A stretch of 64,000 nt of DNA from Burkholderiales bacterium (GTDB lineage Bacteria; Pseudomonadota; Gammaproteobacteria; Burkholderiales; Burkholderiaceae_F): the NCBI GenBank assembly GCA_016716275.1, contig JADJWR010000002.1, positions 525,662 through 589,661 of the forward strand, given 5' to 3'. Shown piece by piece: positions 23,644 to 33,101 of the stretch. Under the pieces are notes generated by a model, which did not search any database, had not been told where the DNA came from, and saw nothing but the letters and a program-made list of their open reading frames with translations. Made by a program: the position numbers and the translations under genes. The first letter of the stretch is position 1, and each line of letters starts with the position of its first letter.

Positions 23644-25608
23644 TTAGCCAACGGCCGGTTCCGTCAGCCGCGCCTCGGCGCGCTCCAGGTCGGCGGGGGC
23701 GCCGAACAGCACCAGCACGTCACCGGCGGCCAGGCGGGTGTCGGCGGCGGGTTCGAGCGTGCGCTTGCCCTCGCGCACCAGCGCCGTCACCACGATGTGG
23801 TCCTTCGCCGGATCGACCTGCGCCAGCGTGCGCCCGACCGCCGCCGCGCCGGCCGGCAGCGACACCGAGTGCAGGCGGTCCGCGTCGCTCTCGACGGTGT
23901 GCCCGGCGAGCACCTCGTTGCCGCGGAAGAACTCGCGCATCAGGTGGTAGCGGTCGACCCGCGCGTCGCGGACACGGTGGATGACCCGACGCAGCGGCAC
24001 GTCGAGCAGCAGCAGCGCGTGCGAGACGATCATCATCCCTGCCTCGAGCGTTTCCGGCACGATCTCGGTGGCGCCGGCCTGGCGCAGTTCCTCGACGCGG
24101 CTCTCGTCGCGCGTGCGCACCATCACCGGCAGTTCCGGCCGCAGCGCGCGGACGTGGTGCAGCACCTTCAGCGCCGCGCCGACATCGTCGTGGCTGATCA
24201 CCACGAGGCGGGCCTTCATCACGCCGACCGCCTCGAGCATGTCGCGCTCGGCCGCATCGCCGTAGTAGACCGGCTCGCCGCCGGTGTGCGCGTCGCGCAC
24301 GCGCACGGGGTCGAGGTCGAGAGCCACGAAGGGGATGCCTTCCTCGCCGAGGAAGCGGCCGACGTTCTGGCCGATGCGGCCGTAGCCGCAGATGATCACG
24401 TGCTGGCGCAGGTCCGCCGCCGGCGGCACCGGCACCGCCGGCGCGGCCGCTTCTTTCCTGCCGCCGGCCGCGAACTCGGCGATGGGGCGGTTCAGGCGAA
24501 TCAACAGCGGTCCGGCGATCATGCTGAACAGCACCGCGGTCAGCGCGACCTGCGCCGGCTCTGGCGCGATCGCGCCGGCGCCGAGGGCCAGGGCCAGCAC
24601 GGCGAAGCCGAACTCGCCGCCCACCGCAAGCACGACGCCGGTGCGCAGCGCGGTGAAGGATTCGATTCCGGCCAGCCGCACCAGCGCCGCGACCAGCAGC
24701 GCCTTGCTGACGAGCAGGCCGGCGGCGGCGGCCAGCGACCAGTGCCAGATCCGCGGCAGCGAAGACGGGTCGACCAGCATGCCGATGGTGACGAAGAACA
24801 GCCCCAGCAGCACGTCGCGGAACGGCCTGATCGTCGATTCGATCTGGTGCCGGAACTCGGTCTCGCCGAGCATCATGCCGGCGAGGAAGGCACCGAAGGC
24901 CAGCGACAGGCCGAGGCTGTCGGTGGCCCAGGCGGCGGCCAGCGACACCAGCAGCACGGTCAGCGTGAACAGCTCCGGCGAACGCCCGGCGGCCACCTCG
25001 TGAAACAGCGGCCGCAGCAGCCGGCGGCCGGCGAAGACGACCACGGCGATCGCCAGCAGCGCCTTGGCAAGCGCCTCTGCCAGCGGCAGCGCCACCGACT
25101 GCGTGCCGGCGGCGGCCAGCACCGGGATCAGCACCACCAGCGGCACGGCGGTGACGTCCTGGAAGACCGACATCGCCAGCCCGAGGCGGCCGTGGCGGCT
25201 GCTGTCCTCGCCCTGCTCGACGAGCTGCTTGCCGATGATCGACGTCGACGACTGGGCGAACACCGCGCCGACCACGAACGCCGCCGCCGGCGGCAGGCCG
25301 ATGGCCCAGGCGGCGAGGCCGACGACCAACGTGGTCAGCAGCACCTGGCCGGTGCCCAGCCCGAAGACCAGGTGGCGCAGCGCGTAGATCTGCGGCAGCG
25401 AGAAGTTCAGGCCGATCGTGAACAGCAGGAAGACGATGCCGAACTCGGCGACCAGGCGGATGGTCTCGGCGTTGCTGATCAGTCCGGCCGCGTGCGGCCC
25501 GAGTGCGGCGCCGACCAGCAGATAGGCCAGGCTGGACGGGACGCGGCGTCGTTGGAAAAGGGCGACGACGAGCACTGCCGCGGCGAGCAGCAGCAGCAGT
25601 TCGACCAT
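23644..25608 (-). CDS. Monovalent cation:proton antiporter-2 (Kef/YbaL-type) with TrkA-N and TrkA-C domains
   Basis: MVELLLLLAAAVLVVALFQRRRVPSSLAYLLVGAALGP..., a Rossmann-type motif VIICGYGRIGQNV, and a C-terminal TrkA-C-like region. The upstream TTG (25623) in the track ORF is less likely. Confidence 0.85.
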   Translation of the reverse strand: MVELLLLLAAAVLVVALFQRRRVPSSLAYLLVGAALGPHAAGLISNAETIRLVAEFGIVFLLFTIGLNFSLPQIYALRHLVFGLGTGQVLLTTLVVGLAAWAIGLPPAAAFVVGAVFAQSSTSIIGKQLVEQGEDSSRHGRLGLAMSVFQDVTAVPLVVLIPVLAAAGTQSVALPLAEALAKALLAIAVVVFAGRRLLRPLFHEVAAGRSPELFTLTVLLVSLAAAWATDSLGLSLAFGAFLAGMMLGETEFRHQIESTIRPFRDVLLGLFFVTIGMLVDPSSLPRIWHWSLAAAAGLLVSKALLVAALVRLAGIESFTALRTGVVLAVGGEFGFAVLALALGAGAIAPEPAQVALTAVLFSMIAGPLLIRLNRPIAEFAAGGRKEAAAPAVPVPPAADLRQHVIICGYGRIGQNVGRFLGEEGIPFVALDLDPVRVRDAHTGGEPVYYGDAAERDMLEAVGVMKARLVVISHDDVGAALKVLHHVRALRPELPVMVRTRDESRVEELRQAGATEIVPETLEAGMMIVSHALLLLDVPLRRVIHRVRDARVDRYHLMREFFRGNEVLAGHTVESDADRLHSVSLPAGAAAVGRTLAQVDPAKDHIVVTALVREGKRTLEPAADTRLAAGDVLVLFGAPADLERAEARLTEPAVG

Positions 25609-25619
25609 CGGCGCGGCTG

Positions 25620-26513
25620 TCAATGCGAGTCGCTCCCGGTTTCGCGCACCAGCAGCACGTCGGTCGTCACCATCTGCGTGACGTTAGAGGCGACGCTGCC
25701 GAGCAGCGCCGCCCCCAGCCGCCCTTTCCGCCGCGAGCCGAGCACCACGAGGTCGGCATGCTGGTGCTGCGCCTCGTGCGCCAGCAGCAGCCCGGGCGGC
25801 CCATAGGCGAGCAGCGGGTGGCAGCGCCCGGCGAGCTCGCCGAGCCCGGCCACGAAGCCATCGAGCGACCGCTTCGCCTGTTCGCGCGCCCGGCCCCGGT
25901 AGAAGGACTCGGCGTCCGGGTTGGCCTGGCCGAGGAACAGTTCGGCGGCGAACGGATCCTCGTAGGCGTGCAGCAGCGACAGGTCGGCCTGCGGGCACAG
26001 CGCGGCCGCATACCGAACGGCCTGCGCGCTGGCGGCGCCGAACTCGACGCCGACCAGCACCTGCCGGTAGTCCTCCTCGGCGCCGTTGCGCACGACCAGG
26101 ATCGGCACGTCGCAGCGCTCGAGCAGTGCCAGCGCGGTGCTGCCGAGGATGGTCTCGCCGACCAGGCTGCGGCCGTGCGCACCGACCACCAGCAGCTGCG
26201 CCTGCAGCCGCTGTGCCAGCGCGGCGATCTCGTCGCGCGCCTCGCCTTCGAGCACCTGCGTGCGGACCTGCGGCAGGCCGTGGTGCTGCAGTGCCTCGGC
26301 CCCTTCGGCGAGCCGCCGGCCGATGGCTTCGGCGTCCGCCTGCACGTCGGCGCCGGCGAACCAGGCACGAACCTGGCCCAGCCAGCCTGCGGGCAGCACC
26401 GTCACCACGTGCAGCGTCGCCCCGTGCGCGGTGGCGAGGTGAGCGGCGCGCTGCAACGCCAGTGCGCTGGCCTGCGAGAAGTCGGTGGCGGCGACGATGC
26501 GTTCGATCGGCAT
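25620..26513 (-). CDS. Tandem universal stress protein (two UspA domains)
   Basis: MPIERIVAATDFSQAS... and a second half RQVLVGVEFGAAS...; both halves end in GSxG-type motifs (VVGAHGRS and VLGSRRKGRLGAALLGSVA). Confidence 0.85.
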   Translation of the reverse strand: MPIERIVAATDFSQASALALQRAAHLATAHGATLHVVTVLPAGWLGQVRAWFAGADVQADAEAIGRRLAEGAEALQHHGLPQVRTQVLEGEARDEIAALAQRLQAQLLVVGAHGRSLVGETILGSTALALLERCDVPILVVRNGAEEDYRQVLVGVEFGAASAQAVRYAAALCPQADLSLLHAYEDPFAAELFLGQANPDAESFYRGRAREQAKRSLDGFVAGLGELAGRCHPLLAYGPPGLLLAHEAQHQHADLVVLGSRRKGRLGAALLGSVASNVTQMVTTDVLLVRETGSDSH

Positions 26514-26524
26514 GGCGTGCTCCC

Positions 26525-28174
26525 TCAGCTTTCCATGCTGGTAATCAGCGTGCGGGCGGCGTGGTCAGCGGCGTCCTGGAACGGCCGCAGCAGCAGGTCG
26601 GGGTGGGTGCGCGACAGGCGCCGCATGTCCTCGCCGCTGCGCGCCGCCAGCGCGATGCGGCCGCGATAGTGGCGGGCGCGCAGCGCCGCCACCAGTGCCA
26701 GCGCATCCTCCGGCTCGGGCAGCGTGACGACCGCCCACCGCGTGGAGGCGAGCGGCAGGTCGTCCAGCAGGCCGGGGTCGGAAGCGTCGCCGAAGCGCAC
26801 GTGCACCGCCGCATGTGCGGCGCCGCGCACCAGTTCGGGGTCGAAGTCGACGCCGAGCACCCGGTGGCCCTCGTGCTGCAATTGCTCGGCGAGGCGCCGT
26901 CCGTAGCGGCCCATGCCGAAGACGATCACCTCGGGCAGCACTTCGTCGTGCGGGGCCAGCGCGCCGCGCACCTCGCGGTACGGCACCTGGCGCTCGAAAA
27001 CGCCCAGCAGCGGCTTGAGCCACTCGTACAGCTTCTCCGAGTACAGGATCATGTAGGTCGAGGCGGCGATGGTGACGATGCCGACCGTGGTGGTCACCGC
27101 CAGCGCGGCTCCGCCGACGTGGCCCAGCGTGACGCCCATCGCCACGAAGACGATCGAGAACTCGCTGATCTGCGCCACGGTGAGCCCGGCCAGCAGCCCG
27201 GTGCGGGCGCGGAAGCCCATGAATCCCATGATCGCCATCACGATCAGCGGGTTGCCGATCAGCACGAAGGCGGACAGGATCGCCGCCGGCAGCAGCTCGC
27301 CGCCGATCGCGCCGACCTCCAGCCGCAGCCCCAGTTCGATGAAGAAGAACAGCAGCAGGAAGTCGCGCACGCTGGCCATCCGGCCGGCAACCGCGTCGCG
27401 AAACGGCGTGGCGGCCAGCGTGAAGCCGGCCAGGAACGCACCGACCTCCTTGCTGAAGCCGGCCAGTTCGCCGCCGGCGGCGGCCAGCACGCCCCAGGCG
27501 ATCGAGGCGAGCAGCAGCAGCTCGCCGCTCCTGGCCGCGCGGCGCGCCAGCTGCGGCACGACGAAGCGCAGCGCGAGCCACACCACCGCGGCGGCGCCGG
27601 CCAGCTTGACGGCGGTGGCGAGCGCCACCTGCGCCACTGAGGCGTCCGGCGCCTCTCGCAGGCTGCCGAGGACCATCAGCGCGATCACCACCGCGATGTC
27701 CTGCACGATCAGGAAGCCCATCGCCACGCGGCCGTGCAGCGAGTCGATCTCGCGCTTGTCCGACAGCAGCTTGACGATGATGATGGTGCTGGAGAAAGTC
27801 AGCGCGATGGCGACGTACAGCGCCGAAACCCAGTCGTAGCCGAGCGCCACGCAGATCGCGTAGCCGATGACGATGGTGAAGCCGAGCTGGCCCAACCCGG
27901 TGGCGAGCGCCACCGGGCCGAGGTGGCGCACCAGCCGCGGGTCGAGCTTGAGTCCGACGGCGAACAGCAGCATGGTGACGCCGAACTCGGCCAGCAGTTC
28001 GAGCGCCTCGGCCGGCGCTGCCCAGCCGACCAGCGCCGGCCCGGCCGCCACGCCCATCACGATGTAGGCGAGGATCAGCGGCTGCTTCAGCCACCCCGCG
28101 ATCAGCCCCAGCGCGGTGGCGATCAGCAGCAGCAGCGCGAACTGCTGGAAGACGGACAGTGCAGCGGGGTCCAC
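26525..28174 (-). CDS. Cation:proton antiporter (CPA2) with a C-terminal TrkA-N domain
   Basis: GTG at complement of 28172-28174 (VDPAALSVFQQFALLLLIATALG...) with GAAAGAGG upstream. The longer track ORF would overlap the ATPase gene. VIVFGMGRYGRRL is a Rossmann-type motif. Confidence 0.8.
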   Translation of the reverse strand: MDPAALSVFQQFALLLLIATALGLIAGWLKQPLILAYIVMGVAAGPALVGWAAPAEALELLAEFGVTMLLFAVGLKLDPRLVRHLGPVALATGLGQLGFTIVIGYAICVALGYDWVSALYVAIALTFSSTIIIVKLLSDKREIDSLHGRVAMGFLIVQDIAVVIALMVLGSLREAPDASVAQVALATAVKLAGAAAVVWLALRFVVPQLARRAARSGELLLLASIAWGVLAAAGGELAGFSKEVGAFLAGFTLAATPFRDAVAGRMASVRDFLLLFFFIELGLRLEVGAIGGELLPAAILSAFVLIGNPLIVMAIMGFMGFRARTGLLAGLTVAQISEFSIVFVAMGVTLGHVGGAALAVTTTVGIVTIAASTYMILYSEKLYEWLKPLLGVFERQVPYREVRGALAPHDEVLPEVIVFGMGRYGRRLAEQLQHEGHRVLGVDFDPELVRGAAHAAVHVRFGDASDPGLLDDLPLASTRWAVVTLPEPEDALALVAALRARHYRGRIALAARSGEDMRRLSRTHPDLLLRPFQDAADHAARTLITSMES

Positions 28175-28196
28175 GCGACGCGCCTCTTTCCGGCGA

Positions 28197-30917
28197 TCAC
28201 AGCCGCACCACGCCGAGGCGGCGCAGCACCGCCTTCTCGATCTCGACCAGCAGGAAGACGAGCATGGCAAGTGCCACCATCCTCAGCCACACCTCGAGTC
28301 CGATCGGCGCCGTGTGGAACAGGCTTTGCATCAATGGCAGGTAAGTGAAGGCCATCTGCAGGGCGATAAGCCCCAGCGCCGCCCACAGCGCGATCGGGTT
28401 GCCGGTCAGCATGCCGGGGGCGAAGGCGTGAGCGACGAAGCGGCGCGAATTGAACAGGTAGACGATCTGCGCCAGCACGAGCATGTTCACTGCTGCCGTG
28501 CGCGCCTCCTCCAGCGCCACGCCGCGTCCCAGCTCCCACTGGAACATGGCGAAGGTCACGCCCATCACCAGCACGCTGACGTAGACCACCCGCGCCAGCA
28601 CCAGCCGGGTGATCAGCGGCTCGGCTGGCGGCCGCGGCGGCCGCTGCATCACGCCGCTCTCCGCCGGTTCGAACGCCAGCGCGATCGCCAACGTCACCGT
28701 GGTCACCATGTTGACCCAAAGGATCTGCACGGCGGTCACCGGCAGCGCCAGGCCGAGAAAGACAGCCAGCAGGATCACGCCCGCCTGCCCGCCGTTGGTC
28801 GGCAGGATGAACAGCAGCGACTTCTTGATGTTGTCGAATATCGTCCGGCCCTCGTGCACGGCGTTGGCGATGCTGGCGAAGTTGTCGTCGGTCAGCACGA
28901 CGTCGGAAGCCTCGCGCGCGGCGTCGGTGCCCTTGTGGCCCATCGCTACGCCGATGTCGGCCGATTTCAGCGCCGGGGCGTCGTTCACGCCGTCGCCAGT
29001 CATGGCCACGATCTCGCCACGCGCCTGCAGCGCGTCGACCAGCCGCAGCTTGTGCTCGGGGCTGGCGCGGGCGACGACGTCGGTGCCGGCGATGCGCTCG
29101 GCCAGCGCCGCCTCGTCGAGCCCCTCTATTTCCTGTCCAGCCAGCGCGTGCTCGGCATCGAGGCCGAGCTGAGCGCCGATCGCCGCCGCGGTGACGGAGT
29201 GGTCGCCGGTGATCATCTTGACGCGGATGCCGGCCGCCTGGCACTGCGCCACCGCTTCGACAGCCTCCGGGCGCGGCGGGTCGATCATGCCGGCCAGCCC
29301 GAGCAGCGTGAAGCGGTCGGTGACGTCGTCCATCGACAGCGCGGTGGTGTTCCTGGGCAGCTCGCACGCTGCCAGCGCCAGCACCCGCTGGCCGTCGCGC
29401 GCGGCGGCGTGCAGCCGCTCGTCCCAGTAGGCGCGGTCGATCGGCTGGCCGTTGGCCTGCGCGCGGCAGAGGCTCAGTACCCGCTCCGGCGCACCCTTCA
29501 GGTATACGCGCGCGTGGCCGGCATGGTCGTGGTGCAAGGTCGCCATGTAGCGGTGCTCGGACTCGAACGGGATCTCGTCGACGCGCGGCAGGCTGCCTGC
29601 TTCGTCGCCGCGGTCGAGCCCGCACTTGAGCGCCAGGGTGACCAGCGCGCCTTCGGTCGGGTCGCCGGCGAGCCGCCACTCGCCTTCGGCGTGCCGAACC
29701 TCGGCGTCGTTGCACAGCAGGCCGCAGCGGGCGAAATGCAGCAGGTCGTCGGCGGTGGCGGGGTCGAGCGTTTCGCCGTCGACGCTGAAGCCGCCGTCCG
29801 GCGCGTAGCCGGCGCCACTCACCTCGATCGTGCGTGTCGGCAGGATCGCCCGCACCGCGGTCATCTCGTTGCGGGTCAGCGTGCCGGTCTTGTCGGAGCA
29901 GATCACGGTGACGCTGCCCAGCGTCTCCACCGCCGGCAGGCGGCGGACGATGGCATTGCGGCGGGCCATCGCCTGCGTGCCGATCGCCAGCGTGATGGTG
30001 ACGATCACCGGCAGCCCTTCCGGGATCGCCGCCACCGCCAGCCCGACCACGGCAAGGAACATCTCCACCGCCCCGAAGCCGTGCACATAGTGGCCGAAGG
30101 CGAAGGTGACCGCCGAGGCGGCGATGATGAAGGCGGTGATCCGCCGCGCGAACTGCTCGAGCTTGCGCGTCAGCGGCGTTGCCAGGTGCGCCACGCCGGC
30201 GACCAGCTTGCCGATGCGGCCAAGTTCGGTCTGGCCTCCGGTGGCCACCACCACGCCGGTGGCCTGGCCGAAGGTCACGCCAGTGCCCGAGTAGCACATC
30301 GAGGCGCGCTCGGCGAGCACCGCCTGCTCGCCTACGGCGGCGGCCGACTTCTCGACCGGCGCCGACTCGCCGGTCAGCGCCGCTTCGTTGATGCGCAGGT
30401 TCTTGCTCCTGACCAGCCGCAGGTCGGCCGGCACGCGGTCGCCGGAGGCGAGCAGCACGATGTCGCCGGGCACCAGCTCCGCCGCCCGGATCTCGTGCCG
30501 CTGGCCGCCGCGCAGCACGACCGCCTGGCTGGCCAGCATCGCCTGCACCGCCTCCAGGGCCTTCTCGGCCTTGCCCTCCTGGACGAAGCCGATGATCGCG
30601 TTGATCACCACCACGCCGAGGATCACGCCGGAATCGACGAGGTGGCCGAGCAGCAGAGTCACCGCGGCCGCCGCCAGCAGCACGTAGATCAGCACGTTGT
30701 GGAACTGCAGCAGGAAGCGCAGCAGGGGCGAGCGCTTCGGCGGCGGTGGCAGTTCGTTGCGGCCGTACTGCTCGAGACGCTGCCCCGCCTCGGGCGCCGT
30801 GAGCCCCTGCGGCGACGACTGCAGCGCCTCGAGCGCTTCGGATGCCGCCAGCGCGTGCCAGCGGCGATCGTCCTGCGTCGGCCCGGGCGCGGCGGCGGGG
30901 CGGTTCATCGGCGGCAC
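28197..30917 (-). CDS. P-type cation-transporting ATPase (P2-type, Ca2+/Mg2+-ATPase-like)
   Basis: CSDKTGTLT phosphorylation site, TGES, IPEGLPVIVTITLAIG (TM4), MTGDGVNDAPALK. About 900 aa. The track start is GTG at 30917; the alternative ATG at 30908 is possible. Confidence 0.92.
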   Translation of the reverse strand: MPPMNRPAAAPGPTQDDRRWHALAASEALEALQSSPQGLTAPEAGQRLEQYGRNELPPPPKRSPLLRFLLQFHNVLIYVLLAAAAVTLLLGHLVDSGVILGVVVINAIIGFVQEGKAEKALEAVQAMLASQAVVLRGGQRHEIRAAELVPGDIVLLASGDRVPADLRLVRSKNLRINEAALTGESAPVEKSAAAVGEQAVLAERASMCYSGTGVTFGQATGVVVATGGQTELGRIGKLVAGVAHLATPLTRKLEQFARRITAFIIAASAVTFAFGHYVHGFGAVEMFLAVVGLAVAAIPEGLPVIVTITLAIGTQAMARRNAIVRRLPAVETLGSVTVICSDKTGTLTRNEMTAVRAILPTRTIEVSGAGYAPDGGFSVDGETLDPATADDLLHFARCGLLCNDAEVRHAEGEWRLAGDPTEGALVTLALKCGLDRGDEAGSLPRVDEIPFESEHRYMATLHHDHAGHARVYLKGAPERVLSLCRAQANGQPIDRAYWDERLHAAARDGQRVLALAACELPRNTTALSMDDVTDRFTLLGLAGMIDPPRPEAVEAVAQCQAAGIRVKMITGDHSVTAAAIGAQLGLDAEHALAGQEIEGLDEAALAERIAGTDVVARASPEHKLRLVDALQARGEIVAMTGDGVNDAPALKSADIGVAMGHKGTDAAREASDVVLTDDNFASIANAVHEGRTIFDNIKKSLLFILPTNGGQAGVILLAVFLGLALPVTAVQILWVNMVTTVTLAIALAFEPAESGVMQRPPRPPAEPLITRLVLARVVYVSVLVMGVTFAMFQWELGRGVALEEARTAAVNMLVLAQIVYLFNSRRFVAHAFAPGMLTGNPIALWAALGLIALQMAFTYLPLMQSLFHTAPIGLEVWLRMVALAMLVFLLVEIEKAVLRRLGVVRL

Positions 30918-30927
30918 CCGGGCTGTC

Positions 30928-31824
30928 TCACGCCCTGCGGATCAGGATCAGCGGCGTCGCGCAGCGCGCCGCCACCCGCGTGGCCACCGAGCCGAGCACG
31001 GCGGCCTTGAACATGCCCTGGCCATGCGAACCCATCACCAGCACGTCGAGATTGCGCCGCGCGTAGGCGGCGAGCTGCTCACCCGCCTCGCCGGTCAGGT
31101 CCATCTTCTTCACCGGCACACTCGCCTGCGCGAACAGCGGCAGCGTCGAGCGCACTGCGCGCTCGTACTCCTTCCTGCGCAGCGCCCGCACCTTCTCCTG
31201 CGTGAAGCTCATGTCGGTGAGGTTGGCGAGCAGCGTCTTCGTCTGCAGCGGCAGCTCGCGCACCACGTGCAGCAGTTCGAACTTCGGCCGCAGACCGAAC
31301 AGGTCAAGGTGCGCCAGCGTCCAGCGGACCGCCGCCTCGCCGTAGGCGCTGCCGTCGACCGCCACGCCGACGCGCAGCGATTCGGCCCGCGGCACCTCGC
31401 CGTCGCGCAGCAGCAGCACCGGGTTGTCGCAGTGAACCAGCACGGTGCTGGCCACCGAGCCCAGCAGCATGCCGGCGGCGGCCGTGCGGCCGCGCGAGCC
31501 CATGACGATCAGGTCGACCTTCTTGCTGCGCGCCACCCGGGCGATGCGCAGTCCGGGCACGCCGACCAGGTGGGTGCCGCGCACGTCGAGCCCGGCGCGC
31601 GTCAGCATCCTGCGCGCCGGCCGCAGCACGCTGTCGGCGCGCATCGCGTACAGCTCGGCGAGCCGCCTGCGGCTGGCCGCGGTCGGGATCTCGACCAGCA
31701 GCGGCGGCTGCACGTTCAGCAGCCAGACCGTCGGCTCTCGGCCGGCCAGCGGCGTGCGCGCGGCGACGAACTCGACCGCGCGCCGTGCATGGCGGCTGCC
31801 GTCGTAGGGAACCAGGATCTTCAT
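30928..31824 (-). CDS. Tandem universal stress protein
   Basis: ATG at complement of 31822-31824 with GGAGGG upstream. MKILVPYDGSRHARRAVEF..., VMGSRGRTAAAGMLLGSVA and VMGSHGQGMFKAAVLGSVA motifs. Confidence 0.85.
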   Translation of the reverse strand: MKILVPYDGSRHARRAVEFVAARTPLAGREPTVWLLNVQPPLLVEIPTAASRRRLAELYAMRADSVLRPARRMLTRAGLDVRGTHLVGVPGLRIARVARSKKVDLIVMGSRGRTAAAGMLLGSVASTVLVHCDNPVLLLRDGEVPRAESLRVGVAVDGSAYGEAAVRWTLAHLDLFGLRPKFELLHVVRELPLQTKTLLANLTDMSFTQEKVRALRRKEYERAVRSTLPLFAQASVPVKKMDLTGEAGEQLAAYARRNLDVLVMGSHGQGMFKAAVLGSVATRVAARCATPLILIRRA

Positions 31825-32046
31825 TCGGCCCTCCGCCGGTGAACGCGCCGGCAGCGGATCTGCAGGTTCGGCCGCCACCCGCGTCCCGGCCAGTCTAGGG
31901 CGGGCTCTCGGCGGCAATCGGGCATTCGGCGCCGCGATTGACCTTCGTCAGGCCACCCGGGCCGGTCGGTGCAAACCCGGCTTGAAACGCATGCGACGAT
32001 TGCATTGTGCGTGGCGACGGGCAGCGCGTTCCGGAAGACGGCGGCG

Positions 32047-33060
32047 ATGAACGGTGTCTGGATCCACTGGGCGGAGCTGGCGGCGTGCGCGGCGGCGATC
32101 CTCCTCGCCGGAACGCAGCTGACACGCGCCGGCGATGCCATCGCCCATCACACCGGGCTGGGCGGCAGCTGGATCGGGCTGGTGCTGGTGGCCACTGTCA
32201 CCTCGCTGCCTGAACTGGTGACCGGTATCTCGTCGGTCACGGTGGCCGACGTGCCGGACATCGCGGTCGGCAACGTGCTCGGCGCCTGCGTGCTGAACCT
32301 GACGATGCTGGTCCCGCTCGATGCGCTGCACCGCAAGGCGTCGATCTACTCGGTGGCCAGCCAGGGTCACGTGCTCGGCACCGCCTTCGCCGTCGTCATG
32401 CTCGGCGTGGTCGCCTTCGGCATCCTGTCGGCTACCCAGCTCGACCGCGTCCTCGGCATCGGCCACGTCGGCGCCGTCAGCATCGCCTTGCTCGGCCTTT
32501 ACGCCGTGGCGATCCGCACGATCTTCCACTACGAGCGCGGCGTCCACGCGGACACGCACGAGCAGCAGGCGCCGCCCGGGCTGACGCTGGCGCAGGCGGT
32601 CTGGCGCTACGCGGCAGCGGCGTCGGTGGTCGTGGCGGCAGCGCTGTGGCTGCCGTTTGCCGCCAGCGCGGTGGCCGCTGCGATGGGCTGGAGCGAGAGT
32701 TTCGTCGGCACCCTGCTGGTCGCGTTCACGACCACGCTGCCCGAGCTGACGGTGACCATCGCCTCGCTGCGCATCGGCGCGCTCGACATGGCGATCGGCA
32801 ACCTGGTCGGCAGCAACCTCTTCAACCTGGCGCTCCTCGGCATCGATGATCTGCTCTACCTGAAGGGGCCGCTGCTGCAGTCGGTCGAGCCCTCGCACGC
32901 CATGTCGGCGATCGCCGCGGCGGTGATGTCGGGCGCCGTGATCGTCGCGCTGGTCGCCCGGCCGACGGCCCGCCTGCTCAACGCGATCGGCTGGACCAGC
33001 GTGCTGATCGCGCTGGTGTACTTCGTCAACGCCTGGCTGCACTTCCGCCACGGCGGCTGA
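32047..33060 (+). CDS. Ca2+/cation antiporter (CaCA, YrbG-like sodium/calcium exchanger family)
   Basis: Two alpha-repeat motifs (ATVTSLPELVTGISS...GNVLGACVLNL and AFTTTLPELTVTIAS...GNLVGSNLFNL). 337 aa from ATG 32047. Confidence 0.85.
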   Translation: MNGVWIHWAELAACAAAILLAGTQLTRAGDAIAHHTGLGGSWIGLVLVATVTSLPELVTGISSVTVADVPDIAVGNVLGACVLNLTMLVPLDALHRKASIYSVASQGHVLGTAFAVVMLGVVAFGILSATQLDRVLGIGHVGAVSIALLGLYAVAIRTIFHYERGVHADTHEQQAPPGLTLAQAVWRYAAAASVVVAAALWLPFAASAVAAAMGWSESFVGTLLVAFTTTLPELTVTIASLRIGALDMAIGNLVGSNLFNLALLGIDDLLYLKGPLLQSVEPSHAMSAIAAAVMSGAVIVALVARPTARLLNAIGWTSVLIALVYFVNAWLHFRHGG

Positions 33061-33101
33061 ACGGGCGGCCGGCAAGGCGCAGCCTGCGGCGGCGGGGCGC
33101 C

